Source of the DNA: Hydrurus foetidus
Taxonomy: Eukaryota
NCBI GenBank assembly: GCA_900617105.1
Contig: UYFQ01000001.1
Span: 2,666,001-2,730,000 of the forward strand
Reading direction: 5' to 3'
Length of the DNA: 64,000 nucleotides
Shown: piece after piece, positions 1 to 12,100 of the stretch
Numbering within the stretch: the stretch's first letter is position 1
Layout of the letters: every line of letters begins with the position of its first letter
The notes under the pieces: generated by a model
What the model was told of the DNA's origin: nothing
The model's database searches: none
What the model saw: the letters and a program-made list of their open reading frames with translations, nothing else
Made by a program: the position numbers and the translations under genes

Positions 1-1
1 A

Positions 2-1153
2 ACGCTTCAAACAGTTGTGCTTTTTAACCTGATGAACGAGGCGGGCTCACTCGCCGTCTTGTCAGCGCAGAAAGACGGCAACTTTAAGGCCTGCCCAACG
101 GCCGCGGACGACGTCGCCTTGATTGCCTTTACATCAGGCACCACAGGCAAACCCAAGGCAGTTATACACACCCACCGCGATGTGCTGGCTGCCTGCGAGG
201 CCTGGCCTCGGCACGTGCTGGTCGCGACACCTGACGACATCGTGATGGGCTCTCCTCCGCTGGCTTTTACCTTTGGCTTGGGCGGTTTGTTGTTATTCCC
301 ATTTTCGGCGGGCGCATCAAGCTACTTTCCGTCGATCCCTTACACACCCGAGGCGATGGTCAAGTTGATCAGTGAGACCCGCGCCACCATTGTTTACACC
401 GCGCCTACTTTTTTCAGGCAAATGGCGGCGTTTGCCAAGCCGATGGGTCTGCCCTCATTGCGCCTATGCGTGAGTGCAGGCGAAGCACTTCCAGACGCCA
501 CACGCCAGCTCTGGAAAAACGCTACCGGTGTTGAGATGCTGGACGGCATTGGCGCGACTGAGATGTTCCATATTTTTATTTCCAGCAAACCAGCCGATGT
601 GCGGCGCGGCGCGATTGGCAAAGTCGTGCCGGGCTACACCGCTAAAGTCGTCAATGACGAGGGCCAAGAAGTACCTGTGGGCAGCGTCGGCAAGCTGGCG
701 GTGATGGGGCCGACGGGCTGCAAATACTTGGACGACCCGCGCCAAGCCAAGTACGTCAAAGACGGCTGGAACTACCCCGGCGATGCCTTCACGCAAGACG
801 CAGACGGCTACTTTTTTTACCAGGCGCGTGACGACGACATGATCATCACGTCCGGCTACAACGTCGGCGGCCCCGAGGTTGAAGATGCACTGATGCGGCA
901 CCCGGCAGTGGCTGAATGCGGCGTGGTTGGCCTGCCAGACGATGAGCGCGGTATGGTGATTAAGGCGTTTGTCGTGCTCAAGCCCGGCGTTGAAGGCAAT
1001 GCTGACAGCGTGAAGCTTTTGCAAGACCACGTTAAAGTCACGCTGGCGCCGTTTAAATACCCGCGCCAGATAGAGTTTATAAACCAGTTGCCACGCACCG
1101 AGACAGGCAAGCTGCAGCGCTTTAGATTACGCAACCCTGGGGCGGATAAATGA
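2..1153 (+). CDS. Aromatic acid-CoA ligase (benzoate-CoA ligase family, probably 2-aminobenzoate-CoA ligase); 5' end lies outside the window
   Basis: AMP-binding motifs FTSGTTGKPK, DGIGATE, YPGD and PRTETGKLQR; the frame is open from the window edge; followed by RidA as in aerobic anthranilate-CoA clusters. Confidence 0.8.
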   Translation, partial: TLQTVVLFNLMNEAGSLAVLSAQKDGNFKACPTAADDVALIAFTSGTTGKPKAVIHTHRDVLAACEAWPRHVLVATPDDIVMGSPPLAFTFGLGGLLLFPFSAGASSYFPSIPYTPEAMVKLISETRATIVYTAPTFFRQMAAFAKPMGLPSLRLCVSAGEALPDATRQLWKNATGVEMLDGIGATEMFHIFISSKPADVRRGAIGKVVPGYTAKVVNDEGQEVPVGSVGKLAVMGPTGCKYLDDPRQAKYVKDGWNYPGDAFTQDADGYFFYQARDDDMIITSGYNVGGPEVEDALMRHPAVAECGVVGLPDDERGMVIKAFVVLKPGVEGNADSVKLLQDHVKVTLAPFKYPRQIEFINQLPRTETGKLQRFRLRNPGADK

Positions 1154-1542
1154 TGAAACTCCAACCACCTGACTGGCTTGAGCCCAAAGGCTACGCGAAC
1201 GGCGTCGTGGCCCGCGGCGCGTTGATTTTTGTTGGTGGCCAGATTGGATGGAATGCGGCTCAGGTGTTTGAAAGCGACGACTTTATTGCGCAAACTCGCC
1301 AAGCGTTGATCAATATTGCGGCCGTGCTCAAAGCCGGCGGTGCAGGCCCCGAGCACATGGTGCGCATGACCTGGTACGTCACCGACCGGGCTGAATACAA
1401 AGCCCGGCTAAGAGAGCTGGGTGGGGTTTACCGCGAAGTGATGGGCAAGAACTTCCCGGCAATGACCTGCGTTGAAATATCAGGCCTGGTAGAAGACCGG
1501 GCCAAAATTGAGATTGAGGTGACAGCGGTCTTGCCAGATTGA
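1150..1542 (+). CDS. RidA/YjgF/UK114 family protein
   Basis: GYANGV, FVGGQIG and FPAMT...KIEIEVTA motifs; ATGA overlap with the ligase stop. Confidence 0.9.
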   Translation: MMKLQPPDWLEPKGYANGVVARGALIFVGGQIGWNAAQVFESDDFIAQTRQALINIAAVLKAGGAGPEHMVRMTWYVTDRAEYKARLRELGGVYREVMGKNFPAMTCVEISGLVEDRAKIEIEVTAVLPD

Positions 1543-1557
1543 CATGACATGACATGA
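1540..1557 (+). repeat. Short tandem repeat (TGACA)x3.6 starting at the ridA stop codon
   Basis: tgacatgacatgacatga. Confidence 0.8.
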
Positions 1558-1598
1558 GAGTTGCCTGAAAGACCGCATAAACGGCTGTTTTAGAGCGA

Positions 1599-1663
1599 TT
1601 TAAGGCTAAAATACGAGTGTGGACCAATAAATACGGGCGCAAATAGCTATTAAATATATAGCA
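1599..1663 (-). repeat. Dispersed ~65-bp element, copy 1 (between convergent ridA and OmpA-lipoprotein genes)
   Basis: Reverse complement tgctatatatttaatagctatttgcgcccgtatttattggtccacactcgtattttagccttaaa aligns without gaps to the other copies. Confidence 0.85.
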
Positions 1664-1680
1664 ATAGCAGCGTTAAATCT

Positions 1681-2793
1681 TTAGCGCACAACGACTGTGA
1701 CCTCAATCGTCACTCGTCGATCAGGCTGCAAACATTGAATCAGCGCTGCGCGGCTGGCTTTAGAGTTGCACGCTGGACTGACTGGTTCGAGCTTGCCTTT
1801 GCCGACTGCATCAAAGGCGCTTGACTTCACATCCAACGATTCGAGGTAGGTCTGCACCGTTTTCGCGCGAGCAAGTGAAAGCGTGTCGTTGTCTGTGTCC
1901 AAGCCTATCCTGTCCGTGTAGCCCACAACGCTAATGCTCTGAATGGTCTGGTATGACTTCAAACGCATGGCGACGTCTGCCAGGCGTTGTTGGCCGCCGG
2001 GGGTCATGTCTTGACCGCCAAACTTTTTGAATTTGAAAAGCGTGTCGGTTAGCAGCACGTAGGTTTCACGACTCAATGCATTAGGCTGCACCGTTGCCGC
2101 CCCTTGCACTTGAGCTTCAGCTTGTTTCGCCGCTACAGCTTGAGTCGCGCCTTTCGGCACTGCACAGTTATCAGCATCCAGCTTGGCCTGGCGCAAGCCG
2201 TCTTCAACCATTTGTAAGTGTGGCGTGGCTTGCCGCCAGCCGGTTTGCTGCTCGGCGTGACCTGCGCGCACCAAACGCACTTCGGCGCAAGCTACGGTTT
2301 TCGCGTTGCAAGCTAACGTTACTGTTTGATTTTTGTAGGCAGTGAGCTGGGCCCACAAGTCTTCACGCAACTTGGTACTGCGGGCTACTAAAGGTGTGTC
2401 GAAACCAACTTTGGCGGCTTTGTCGCCTTCCAGAGCTTGGGCAATCTTTGCCGCTTCAGTCAATGACTCTTCGATGTAACCTGAACGGTCGTTTTCGTGG
2501 TACTGCGTTTTGGCGGTGTCTAACCAGCACTGCGCCTTGGCTAGTGGGTACGAGTTTTGTGGAACACCTGATTCGTTGAGCTTGCGCAACCGCAGCTGCA
2601 GCGCTTCAATGGTGCGCCGGTCGCCCAAAATTCGCTCGTCAGTGATTCGGGCTTGCTGGGCAGTGACCCCGGTAGCTTGCGCGGCTGGGCCTGGTGCTTC
2701 GTTTTTTGAAGCCATTGAGCCGCACCCAGCCATGGCAAAAACGGTGACCAGTGCAAGAAAAACGCCAGCGGGCTGAGTGTTAAAGCGGGTCAT
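1681..2793 (-). CDS. OmpA-family lipoprotein with a Cys-containing helical N-terminal domain and a C-terminal peptidoglycan-binding domain
   Basis: Lipobox AMAG-C; OmpA_C motifs GYTDRIG, LSLARAKTV and C..CLQPDRRVTIEV; AGGA RBS before ATG 2793 (alternative GTG 2808 overlaps the upstream stop). Confidence 0.88.
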   Translation of the reverse strand: MTRFNTQPAGVFLALVTVFAMAGCGSMASKNEAPGPAAQATGVTAQQARITDERILGDRRTIEALQLRLRKLNESGVPQNSYPLAKAQCWLDTAKTQYHENDRSGYIEESLTEAAKIAQALEGDKAAKVGFDTPLVARSTKLREDLWAQLTAYKNQTVTLACNAKTVACAEVRLVRAGHAEQQTGWRQATPHLQMVEDGLRQAKLDADNCAVPKGATQAVAAKQAEAQVQGAATVQPNALSRETYVLLTDTLFKFKKFGGQDMTPGGQQRLADVAMRLKSYQTIQSISVVGYTDRIGLDTDNDTLSLARAKTVQTYLESLDVKSSAFDAVGKGKLEPVSPACNSKASRAALIQCLQPDRRVTIEVTVVVR

Positions 2794-2804
2794 AGTGGTC
2801 CTAA

Positions 2805-5800
2805 TCACGGTGTCGGTGAAACCGCGCTCGGGTTAAGTGTCTTGTTGATAGAGGAGTTGTATTTGCGGAAGATATCTTCGTCAAACTTGTACCGCAGGCC
2901 AAAAACCCAACCACGGTTGGTGTAGTCATTGCCGGTCAGTCCAGCTGCTTTGCCTGAGGATGCAAAGCCTCGCCAGTTGTAGCCCAGGGTGGCGTAAAGG
3001 TTGTCCATCAAGATATAGCCAACCTCTAACCCATAGGCGTGCTGCCTGTCGCCGCCCGAGCCCTGCAGCACCGATAAGATGCCGCCAACTGACCATTTAT
3101 TAGTGACGTCGTAAGTTGCCCGCGCACCCACGAGCTGAGCGCGGTAGCTGTCGTTTACAGTGCCCAACAGCACTTCATTGACATCTTTATAAACAAAGCG
3201 GCCAGACAACCACCAAACGCGGCTCGGGTGGTAGTTACCGCGCACACTGATGATGTCGGTCCGGCTGTCGGTTTGAGTTCCGGGCGTCGCGTCTCGTTCG
3301 CTTCTGCGTTCGTACAAACCCAGCGCGTCAAACTTGTTGTTGTCCACTGGCCGATAAGCAAAGCCGACCTGGAACCGGCTTTGGGATTTGTCAGCGCCCA
3401 GCGCATTGCGAGGCTTGATGACGCTGGCGTACTCTCTGGCAAGCAAAGTCCAGTCGCTGTCGAGTTTGCGAGCGACACCGGCGGTGACAAGCCAGTTCGT
3501 ATTGTTGGTGTCCTCGCGCCACTCGACTCGGCCAGATGACTTCCAAATGGCACTGGCCGTGTATTCCAGGCCCACACCGATGGCATTCGCATTGCCGGTG
3601 CTACTGGCGAGTCGTTCTGCATTGGTCGTCAGGCGCAAGCCTTCGGCCAAGCGCCAACCGTTGCGCAGGCCCAGCGCGCGCTGAATTTCTTTACCAGAAG
3701 CAGCATCGCGCAAGCGGTACTCGGAATACAGCGAGCCATCTTCCATGTACCGTGTGTCGAAGCCAACTGCAAATGAATCGCTGACAGGGCCAGTGCCAAG
3801 GCCGTAAGCGCCGCTGTACTGGGCGCTGCGCTCGTAGCGGCTGTACAGCCTGGTTTTTTCGGACACGCGCAAGTCAGCCGCTAGCCGATACATATTGGTG
3901 TTGCTAGACCCAAACTCGCGCTGCGTATCTGCGGAAAGATTCAGCTTGTCAGTAGCAGCCCAGCGCACGCCCAGTTTATAAAGCGTAGCGGGGTCAGTTC
4001 CGCTCACGTCCTGAAGCTCGCCGTCAACTGTCAACGACTCGGTTATTTTGTACGACGCGCGAACAAAAATGGCGGTGCGGTCAAGACTGGTTGGCCCAGC
4101 AGCCACTGCGTTGACGCCAACATTGCAAAGCACGGGCAATCCAGTGGCAGGGTCGATTGATTGATTGCCCACTTGGCTGATGCCAAAACCCGTGTTGTAC
4201 CCGGCAATGGAACCGGCGGATGTGGTTGGCACACCCGTTCCGTTCGAACAATTGGATGTGGTGCTCTGTGCCAGGCTCACGCTGTTTTGAACAACGCGGC
4301 GTACACCACCACCGATGGTCAGGCGGTCGGTAATCTTTAGATCAATTCCTATCGCGCCTTGGTCGTTGCGGCTGCCGACGATATTGTCTTTAGATGTGAG
4401 CAGTTCACCTGAAAAACTCAATTTTTCGGATGCGCGGTAGGCACCCGTCAAACCGATTTCAGTTTTACCGCCAGTGACCCCTGCGGATGGATTGTTGAAA
4501 TCTTCACTAGATTTCAGCCCGTAAGCTCGGTAGCGCAAATCGTCATCTGCATGCCTGATTTCAAGCTTGGCCGCGTTACCGTCAAACTGACCTGATTTGC
4601 CAGCAAAGTTTGAGCTGACGTTGCTGTTGAACCCACTCGCTGCGCTGTTCACAACGCTACTTGTGCGAGCAACTTCCGCAATCACCTCTGTATTTTTACC
4701 CACTTTAAGCGACAGGTTTGCTCCGAGCAGTTGGTAGGGAGCTGCAGGGTTTTCATCGCGTGCGCCTGCGACGCCGACAGTTATACCGTCGCTAATCTTG
4801 ACGCTAGCGTCGCCGCCATAGACAAAGTACTTGTCTCCGCCTTGCTCAACCTCGTAAACAACGCGGATTGAAATGGGATTGAGCTGGTCGTCAAAACTTG
4901 GAACGGGAGCACGAAAAAGAATCTTGCCCGAAAAAGGCTCAAATTCATAATCGAGATTTCTAGATACCGGGGTAACTTTGATGATGTTTGTGGGCCTGAA
5001 CCGGTCACGCGTGATGACATCGATTTTTTCGGAGCCACTGACGCCGTTAGGGTTAGACACTGAGTACGGACCGGATACACCTCTGGCGGGGAACTCGTCG
5101 GTAATTTGGCGGTAGTTTTGCTGCGCTGCGAACACATTGGCCGTTACTTTGTCCACCTCATATCGCCCGCGCACACCATTCAAGGATCGGCTGTATTGGC
5201 TTAGAGTTCTTGCCGGATTATTGTCTGCAGTGGTGTAGTCGCCAAATAAGAAATAACTAAGCTTGTTATCAATGCGAACATACAGCTTGCCTGAGCTTTG
5301 CGCATCCACGCCGCGAATGCTTGAATCGCCATAAACGGGGTAAAAGGCGTTCGGGTCAACGTCTTGAAATAGCTGCCTGCGAGTGTCTTTGTCTGAGTCG
5401 TAGGCCAGCGTCAGAAGGTATTCACCCTTAACTTTGCCTTTTAGGTAGACAGCGGCTCGGGCGCCGAATTTACTGCTGCCGCCGTTGAACTCTTTGGTAA
5501 AGCCTTTGAGTTCATTGTCGAAGCCGTCGTTTTCACGAATGGGGGTAATTTGGCTCGGGTCGAACTTATCAGACCGCAAGCGACCTTCTATCAGTCCGAC
5601 GGCGATGAATTCTCGCAAGTCCGGCACGTAGCGAACGATAACCTTCTCAATGGCACCTTTGACTGAGACGCGCAACGTCACTGGATCGGGTTTGAAAGGA
5701 GCAATTAACTTGAACGACAGGATTCCGTTCTTGACAAGTTGCTGCGTGCCTGGCGTTATTCGGTCGATATCGCCGCGATCAGCGCCCGACTCAGGAGTCA

Positions 5801-6191
5801 ACCGCCCAGGCAATAACACTCGGGCACCGCCGTCAACTTCAATGGTTACTTCCGTCTCACCAGCAACGAGCTGGCCTTTGTTGTCTAAAAGTCGCAGCTG
5901 CACTTGAGTGGCAGTGATGCCATCAGCTGGCAAGTTTTCACCGATTACCTTCAACTCAATTTTGTTAACGGGCGACGTTATGCGGTCAAGAAACGATGAG
6001 AATGGTCGGGGGCCAATGCCTTGCTGTCCGCCGGTCTCGAATAAGGATTTAGCCTCAGGCAGGTCGGCGCTAGTGGTGTTACTGGCGGGCTGCGCAAGGG
6101 CAAAGCCGTGCGCCAGAACCATGGCAATCGCCAAGGGTGTGCGGCGTAGATTGGCCGCAACCATGAATCGAGCAGGTTTCATGAATTTCAT
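2805..6191 (-). CDS. Large outer-membrane beta-barrel protein with an N-terminal Ig-like (invasin/Big-1-like, LPADG) domain
   Basis: Signal peptide ending ALA-Q; many amphipathic beta-strands with aromatic girdle residues; last strand WVFGLRYKF; ATGA overlap with the giant gene. Confidence 0.75.
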   Translation of the reverse strand: MKFMKPARFMVAANLRRTPLAIAMVLAHGFALAQPASNTTSADLPEAKSLFETGGQQGIGPRPFSSFLDRITSPVNKIELKVIGENLPADGITATQVQLRLLDNKGQLVAGETEVTIEVDGGARVLLPGRLTPESGADRGDIDRITPGTQQLVKNGILSFKLIAPFKPDPVTLRVSVKGAIEKVIVRYVPDLREFIAVGLIEGRLRSDKFDPSQITPIRENDGFDNELKGFTKEFNGGSSKFGARAAVYLKGKVKGEYLLTLAYDSDKDTRRQLFQDVDPNAFYPVYGDSSIRGVDAQSSGKLYVRIDNKLSYFLFGDYTTADNNPARTLSQYSRSLNGVRGRYEVDKVTANVFAAQQNYRQITDEFPARGVSGPYSVSNPNGVSGSEKIDVITRDRFRPTNIIKVTPVSRNLDYEFEPFSGKILFRAPVPSFDDQLNPISIRVVYEVEQGGDKYFVYGGDASVKISDGITVGVAGARDENPAAPYQLLGANLSLKVGKNTEVIAEVARTSSVVNSAASGFNSNVSSNFAGKSGQFDGNAAKLEIRHADDDLRYRAYGLKSSEDFNNPSAGVTGGKTEIGLTGAYRASEKLSFSGELLTSKDNIVGSRNDQGAIGIDLKITDRLTIGGGVRRVVQNSVSLAQSTTSNCSNGTGVPTTSAGSIAGYNTGFGISQVGNQSIDPATGLPVLCNVGVNAVAAGPTSLDRTAIFVRASYKITESLTVDGELQDVSGTDPATLYKLGVRWAATDKLNLSADTQREFGSSNTNMYRLAADLRVSEKTRLYSRYERSAQYSGAYGLGTGPVSDSFAVGFDTRYMEDGSLYSEYRLRDAASGKEIQRALGLRNGWRLAEGLRLTTNAERLASSTGNANAIGVGLEYTASAIWKSSGRVEWREDTNNTNWLVTAGVARKLDSDWTLLAREYASVIKPRNALGADKSQSRFQVGFAYRPVDNNKFDALGLYERRSERDATPGTQTDSRTDIISVRGNYHPSRVWWLSGRFVYKDVNEVLLGTVNDSYRAQLVGARATYDVTNKWSVGGILSVLQGSGGDRQHAYGLEVGYILMDNLYATLGYNWRGFASSGKAAGLTGNDYTNRGWVFGLRYKFDEDIFRKYNSSINKTLNPSAVSPTP

Positions 6192-9100
6192 CTCACGCCC
6201 GGCGTGCTGATAGGCACTGCATTTTGCTGACGAGTGGCTGGTAATATAGGCTGCAGGACTTCGCCTGTTCCGTTACCAATACTCAGCGGCGTTGCGCGCT
6301 CCGACTCAGTAACATTGATGCCTCCTTGCGCCCGGCGAGCCTTGACTTGGTCAAGCACTTCTGAACTGCAAGACCCTTCTATAAAGTCAGCGCGTGCCAA
6401 TTCCCCGCCTTTCAAATCAACAAACAGGCTATCCGCAACGCCAGCATTTCGATTGCTAGATGGCACTAACCGCGAGCCCACAGGTAATGTGGTTCGATCG
6501 ACCTTCACTACATGCGTCTGCGATTTAACACCGCAAATACTGTACTTGCCTTCAGAGTCGGTAACGACAAAAGTGCCGTCGAGCATGACCAACCGGACAC
6601 CCGGGATGCCCAACTCTCGACTGCCGCCCACATTGTTTTGAACAGCGTTACCGTCGCAATCTACATAAACCTTACCAATAATGCAGCCTTCATTGCTGAA
6701 CACGCCGCCTTGCACGGTGACCTTGAACGACCCCGTGTTCGACCGAACCGGAGCAACGACAGTTGCTCGATTGATGCCGTCGCCCTGCTGCGCGCCCACC
6801 CCAACTCTGACGAAGTAGGTCAGCTCAGCCGTCGCCTGTGGCGCGATAGTGCCAATGTCGAACACCAGATCTCTGCCCACTCCGCCTGAAGGATTTGGTG
6901 CTGCCACACCGGCAAGGCGAGCAGTTCCCAAAATGTAGCGGAAGCCGGCCGGTAGCAAGTCGTTGAGCTTGATATTTGTAATCGGGCCAACCGTAGTGTT
7001 GTGAATTCGAACCGTGTACTGAACGGAATCACCAATTTCGGCTACTGCTTTGTTACCAGTCTTGCTTACCAATAGCGCACCAGACACCAAGATAGGATCT
7101 AACGGAATGTTGTTGTGGATGACCTCCTGGAATCCGACAAAACTAAAGTTAAGCCGCAAGAAATACTGCGTACCTGCGCCACCAACCAGACCAACTATTG
7201 GCGTAGCGCCGTTGACGCCAACCGGAGGGCCACCCGCCTGAGAGTCAGGTTGCACTTTAGTGGTGCCAGCAACTGCCGTGTACAAACCTTGATCTGGGGC
7301 TACACCGCCTTGAACCGCCTGTGGCGGAAGGTGAGTCGTCGGAGGTGTTACAACTAGCGTGAAGTCTCCGCCCATCGCTGGACTTACGGCGTTAGGTCCT
7401 GATGTTTGAAAGAAGAACTGGTAGATACCGCTTGGGCCGGTAATACGCACGTCTGAACCGCTGAGAATATTAGCCGGGCTAAAACCGGGCGGCCCGACTA
7501 GTCGCACCGTTGCGCCCTCAATCGGCTTTCTTGTAATTGAATCGTAAACCACGCCGCTTGGGTCTAATGGTAGGTTTTGCTCCCATACATTGTCGCCAGC
7601 GTACAAAGTTACGTTGTTAATGGAAGTGTCGACCGGTGTCGTTGGCCCGGGTACGATTGCTACCGTCAGTGAATTTGTACCGGTAGAAGGATTCCCGAAT
7701 ATTTCTGTGACTGCTTTTTGGTTAAATGGAGTGCCGAAAATAGCATTTCCGGAGCCGTCGAAAAACCTCACGCTATAACCAGGTCCGGGTGGAAGCCCAG
7801 TGATGGTGTACCGCCCATCAGGCCCGGTAAATGCCGAACCAATCACTACCGTAGAGGTGCCCGTTGTTCGAACGACCTCTGCTCTGAAGTTCGCCAACGG
7901 CAAGTCCACACCAGGATTAAATATTTTGTCGCGGTTCACCTCTAGAAACACTTGGCCGCTCAATCTTGCGTTATTGACTACAACCAGCAGGCTCAACGGT
8001 GCTACCGATATATTGTTGGTGGTTGTACTTTCTGCCGTGGTGGTGACTACGGTGCTGGTCACAACGTAAGTGCCAGTGATACCCGGAGTACGGAACGTAA
8101 ACGTGAAGCTAGTAGTAACGCTCGGATTGACAGTCCCTAGGCCTGAAAGCGTTGACGGAAATACGATAACGGGAAGTCCAGCGACAGTGGCGGTGCTTGC
8201 ACCTGCAGGCAGGCTTAGAACTTGAACCCCAATTGGTAACGTAAGAGTACCCGACATGCCCAAGGCGGGGGACGGCCCAAAGTTGGCAAAACTAACGGTT
8301 CCAGCGACAACCACACTAGCGGATACGGTTGAAGGAACGGTAACAACAGTTGCCACGTCGCTAAGGGCGGTCAGCGGCGTCGCGGCCGTGGCGGTGTTGT
8401 TGGCGGGGTTGGAGTCCGCTGTCGTGGTCGTGACCACGGCGTTAAACGTCTGCACGGTCAGGCTGCCCGCGGGCACGCTGTAGACGATGGTGGTCGTCAC
8501 GGTCGCGCCGCTGGCCAAGCTGCCCACCGGGATCAGCTGGATCGTGCCGTTGGGCAACGTCACGGTGGCGTTGACCGCTGTCGCCGGGCTCGGCCCGTTG
8601 TTGGTGATGACCACGGTGGCCGTGATCGCCTGGCCGGGTGTGCCGCCCGGCGTGCTGGTAATCGCTATGGCCACGTCGCTAAGGGCGGTCAGCGGCGTCG
8701 CGGCCGTGGCGGTGTTGTTGGCGGGGTTGGAGTCCGCTGTCGTGGTCGTGACCACGGCGTTAAACGTCTGCACGGTCAGGCTGCCCGCGGGCACGCTGTA
8801 GACGATGGTGGTCGTCACGGTCGCGCCGCTGGCCAAGCTGCCCACCGGGATCAGCTGGATCGTGCCGTTGGGCAACGTCACGGTGGCGTTGACCGCTGTC
8901 GCCGGGCTCGGCCCGTTGTTGGTGATGACCACGGTGGCCGTGATCGCCTGGCCGGGTGTGCCGCCCGGCGTGCTGGTAATCGCTATGGCCACGTCGCTAA
9001 GGGCGGTCAGCGGCGTCGCGGCCGTGGCGGTGTTGTTGGCGGGGTTGGAGTCCGCTGTCGTGGTCGTGACCACGGCGTTAAACGTCTGCACGGTCAGGCT

Positions 9101-12100
9101 GCCCGCGGGCACGCTGTAGACGATGGTGGTCGTCACGGTCGCGCCGCTGGCCAAGCTGCCCACCGGGATCAGCTGGATCGTGCCGTTGGGCAACGTCACG
9201 GTGGCGTTGACCGCTGTCGCCGGGCTCGGCCCGTTGTTGGTGATGACCACGGTGGCCGTGATCGCCTGGCCGGGTGTGCCGCCCGGCGTGCTGGTAATCG
9301 CTATGGCCACGTCGCTAAGGGCGGTCAGCGGCGTCGCGGCCGTGGCGGTGTTGTTGGCGGGGTTGGAGTCCGCTGTCGTGGTCGTGACCACGGCGTTAAA
9401 CGTCTGCACGGTCAGGCTGCCCGCGGGCACGCTGTAGACGATGGTGGTCGTCACGGTCGCGCCGCTGGCCAAGCTGCCCACCGGGATCAGCTGGATCGTG
9501 CCGTTGGGCAACGTCACGGTGGCGTTGACCGCTGTCGCCGGGCTCGGCCCGTTGTTGGTGATGACCACGGTGGCCGTGATCGCCTGGCCGGGTGTGCCGC
9601 CCGGCGTGCTGGTAATCGCTATGGCCACGTCGCTAAGGGCGGTCAGCGGCGTCGCGGCCGTGGCGGTGTTGTTGGCGGGGTTGGAGTCCGCTGTCGTGGT
9701 CGTGACCACGGCGTTAAACGTCTGCACGGTCAGGCTGCCCGCGGGCACGCTGTAGACGATGGTGGTCGTCACGGTCGCGCCGCTGGCCAAGCTGCCCACC
9801 GGGATCAGCTGGATCGTGCCGTTGGGCAACGTCACGGTGGCGTTGACCGCTGTCGCCGGGCTCGGCCCGTTGTTGGTGATGACCACGGTGGCCGTGATCG
9901 CCTGGCCGGGTGTGCCGCCCGGCGTGCTGGTAATCGCTATGGCCACGTCGCTAAGGGCGGTCAGCGGCGTCGCGGCCGTGGCGGTGTTGTTGGCGGGGTT
10001 GGAGTCCGCTGTCGTGGTCGTGACCACGGCGTTAAACGTCTGCACGGTCAGGCTGCCCGCGGGCACGCTGTAGACGATGGTGGTCGTCACGGTCGCGCCG
10101 CTGGCCAAGCTGCCCACCGGGATCAGCTGGATCGTGCCGTTGGGCAACGTCACGGTGGCGTTGACCGCTGTCGCCGGGCTCGGCCCGTTGTTGGTGATGA
10201 CCACGGTGGCCGTGATCGCCTGGCCGGGTGTGCCGCCCGGCGTGCTGGTAATCGCTATGGCCACGTCGCTAAGGGCGGTCAGCGGCGTCGCGGCCGTGGC
10301 GGTGTTGTTGGCGGGGTTGGAGTCCGCTGTCGTGGTCGTGACCACGGCGTTAAACGTCTGCACGGTCAGGCTGCCCGCGGGCACGCTGTAGACGATGGTG
10401 GTCGTCACGGTCGCGCCGCTGGCCAAGCTGCCCACCGGGATCAGCTGGATCGTGCCGTTGGGCAACGTCACGGTGGCGTTGACCGCTGTCGCCGGGCTCG
10501 GCCCGTTGTTGGTGATGACCACGGTGGCCGTGATCGCCTGGCCGGGTGTGCCGCCCGGCGTGCTGGTAATCGCTATGGCCACGTCGCTAAGGGCGGTCAG
10601 CGGCGTCGCGGCCGTGGCGGTGTTGTTGGCGGGGTTGGAGTCCGCTGTCGTGGTCGTGACCACGGCGTTAAACGTCTGCACGGTCAGGCTGCCCGCGGGC
10701 ACGCTGTAGACGATGGTGGTCGTCACGGTCGCGCCGCTGGCCAAGCTGCCCACCGGGATCAGCTGGATCGTGCCGTTGGGCAACGTCACGGTGGCGTTGA
10801 CCGCTGTCGCCGGGCTCGGCCCGTTGTTGGTGATGACCACGGTGGCCGTGATCGCCTGGCCGGGTGTGCCGCCCGGCGTGCTGGTAATCGCTATGGCCAC
10901 GTCGCTAAGGGCGGTCAGCGGCGTCGCGGCCGTGGCGGTGTTGTTGGCGGGGTTGGAGTCCGCTGTCGTGGTCGTGACCACGGCGTTAAACGTCTGCACG
11001 GTCAGGCTGCCCGCGGGCACGCTGTAGACGATGGTGGTCGTCACGGTCGCGCCGCTGGCCAAGCTGCCCACCGGGATCAGCTGGATCGTGCCGTTGGGCA
11101 ACGTCACGGTGGCGTTGACCGCTGTCGCCGGGCTCGGCCCGTTGTTGGTGATGACCACGGTGGCCGTGATCGCCTGGCCGGGTGTGCCGCCCGGCGTGCT
11201 GGTAATCGCTATGGCCACGTCGCTAAGGGCGGTCAGCGGCGTCGCGGCCGTGGCGGTGTTGTTGGCGGGGTTGGAGTCCGCTGTCGTGGTCGTGACCACG
11301 GCGTTAAACGTCTGCACGGTCAGGCTGCCCGCGGGCACGCTGTAGACGATGGTGGTCGTCACGGTCGCGCCGCTGGCCAAGCTGCCCACCGGGATCAGCT
11401 GGATCGTGCCGTTGGGCAACGTCACGGTGGCGTTGACCGCTGTCGCCGGGCTCGGCCCGTTGTTGGTGATGACCACGGTGGCCGTGATCGCCTGGCCGGG
11501 TGTGCCGCCCGGCGTGCTGGTAATCGCTATGGCCACGTCGCTAAGGGCGGTCAGCGGCGTCGCGGCCGTGGCGGTGTTGTTGGCGGGGTTGGAGTCCGCT
11601 GTCGTGGTCGTGACCACGGCGTTAAACGTCTGCACGGTCAGGCTGCCCGCGGGCACGCTGTAGACGATGGTGGTCGTCACGGTCGCGCCGCTGGCCAAGC
11701 TGCCCACCGGGATCAGCTGGATCGTGCCGTTGGGCAACGTCACGGTGGCGTTGACCGCTGTCGCCGGGCTCGGCCCGTTGTTGGTGATGACCACGGTGGC
11801 CGTGATCGCCTGGCCGGGTGTGCCGCCCGGCGTGCTGGTAATCGCTATGGCCACGTCGCTAAGGGCGGTCAGCGGCGTCGCGGCCGTGGCGGTGTTGTTG
11901 GCGGGGTTGGAGTCCGCTGTCGTGGTCGTGACCACGGCGTTAAACGTCTGCACGGTCAGGCTGCCCGCGGGCACGCTGTAGACGATGGTGGTCGTCACGG
12001 TCGCGCCGCTGGCCAAGCTGCCCACCGGGATCAGCTGGATCGTGCCGTTGGGCAACGTCACGGTGGCGTTGACCGCTGTCGCCGGGCTCGGCCCGTTGTT

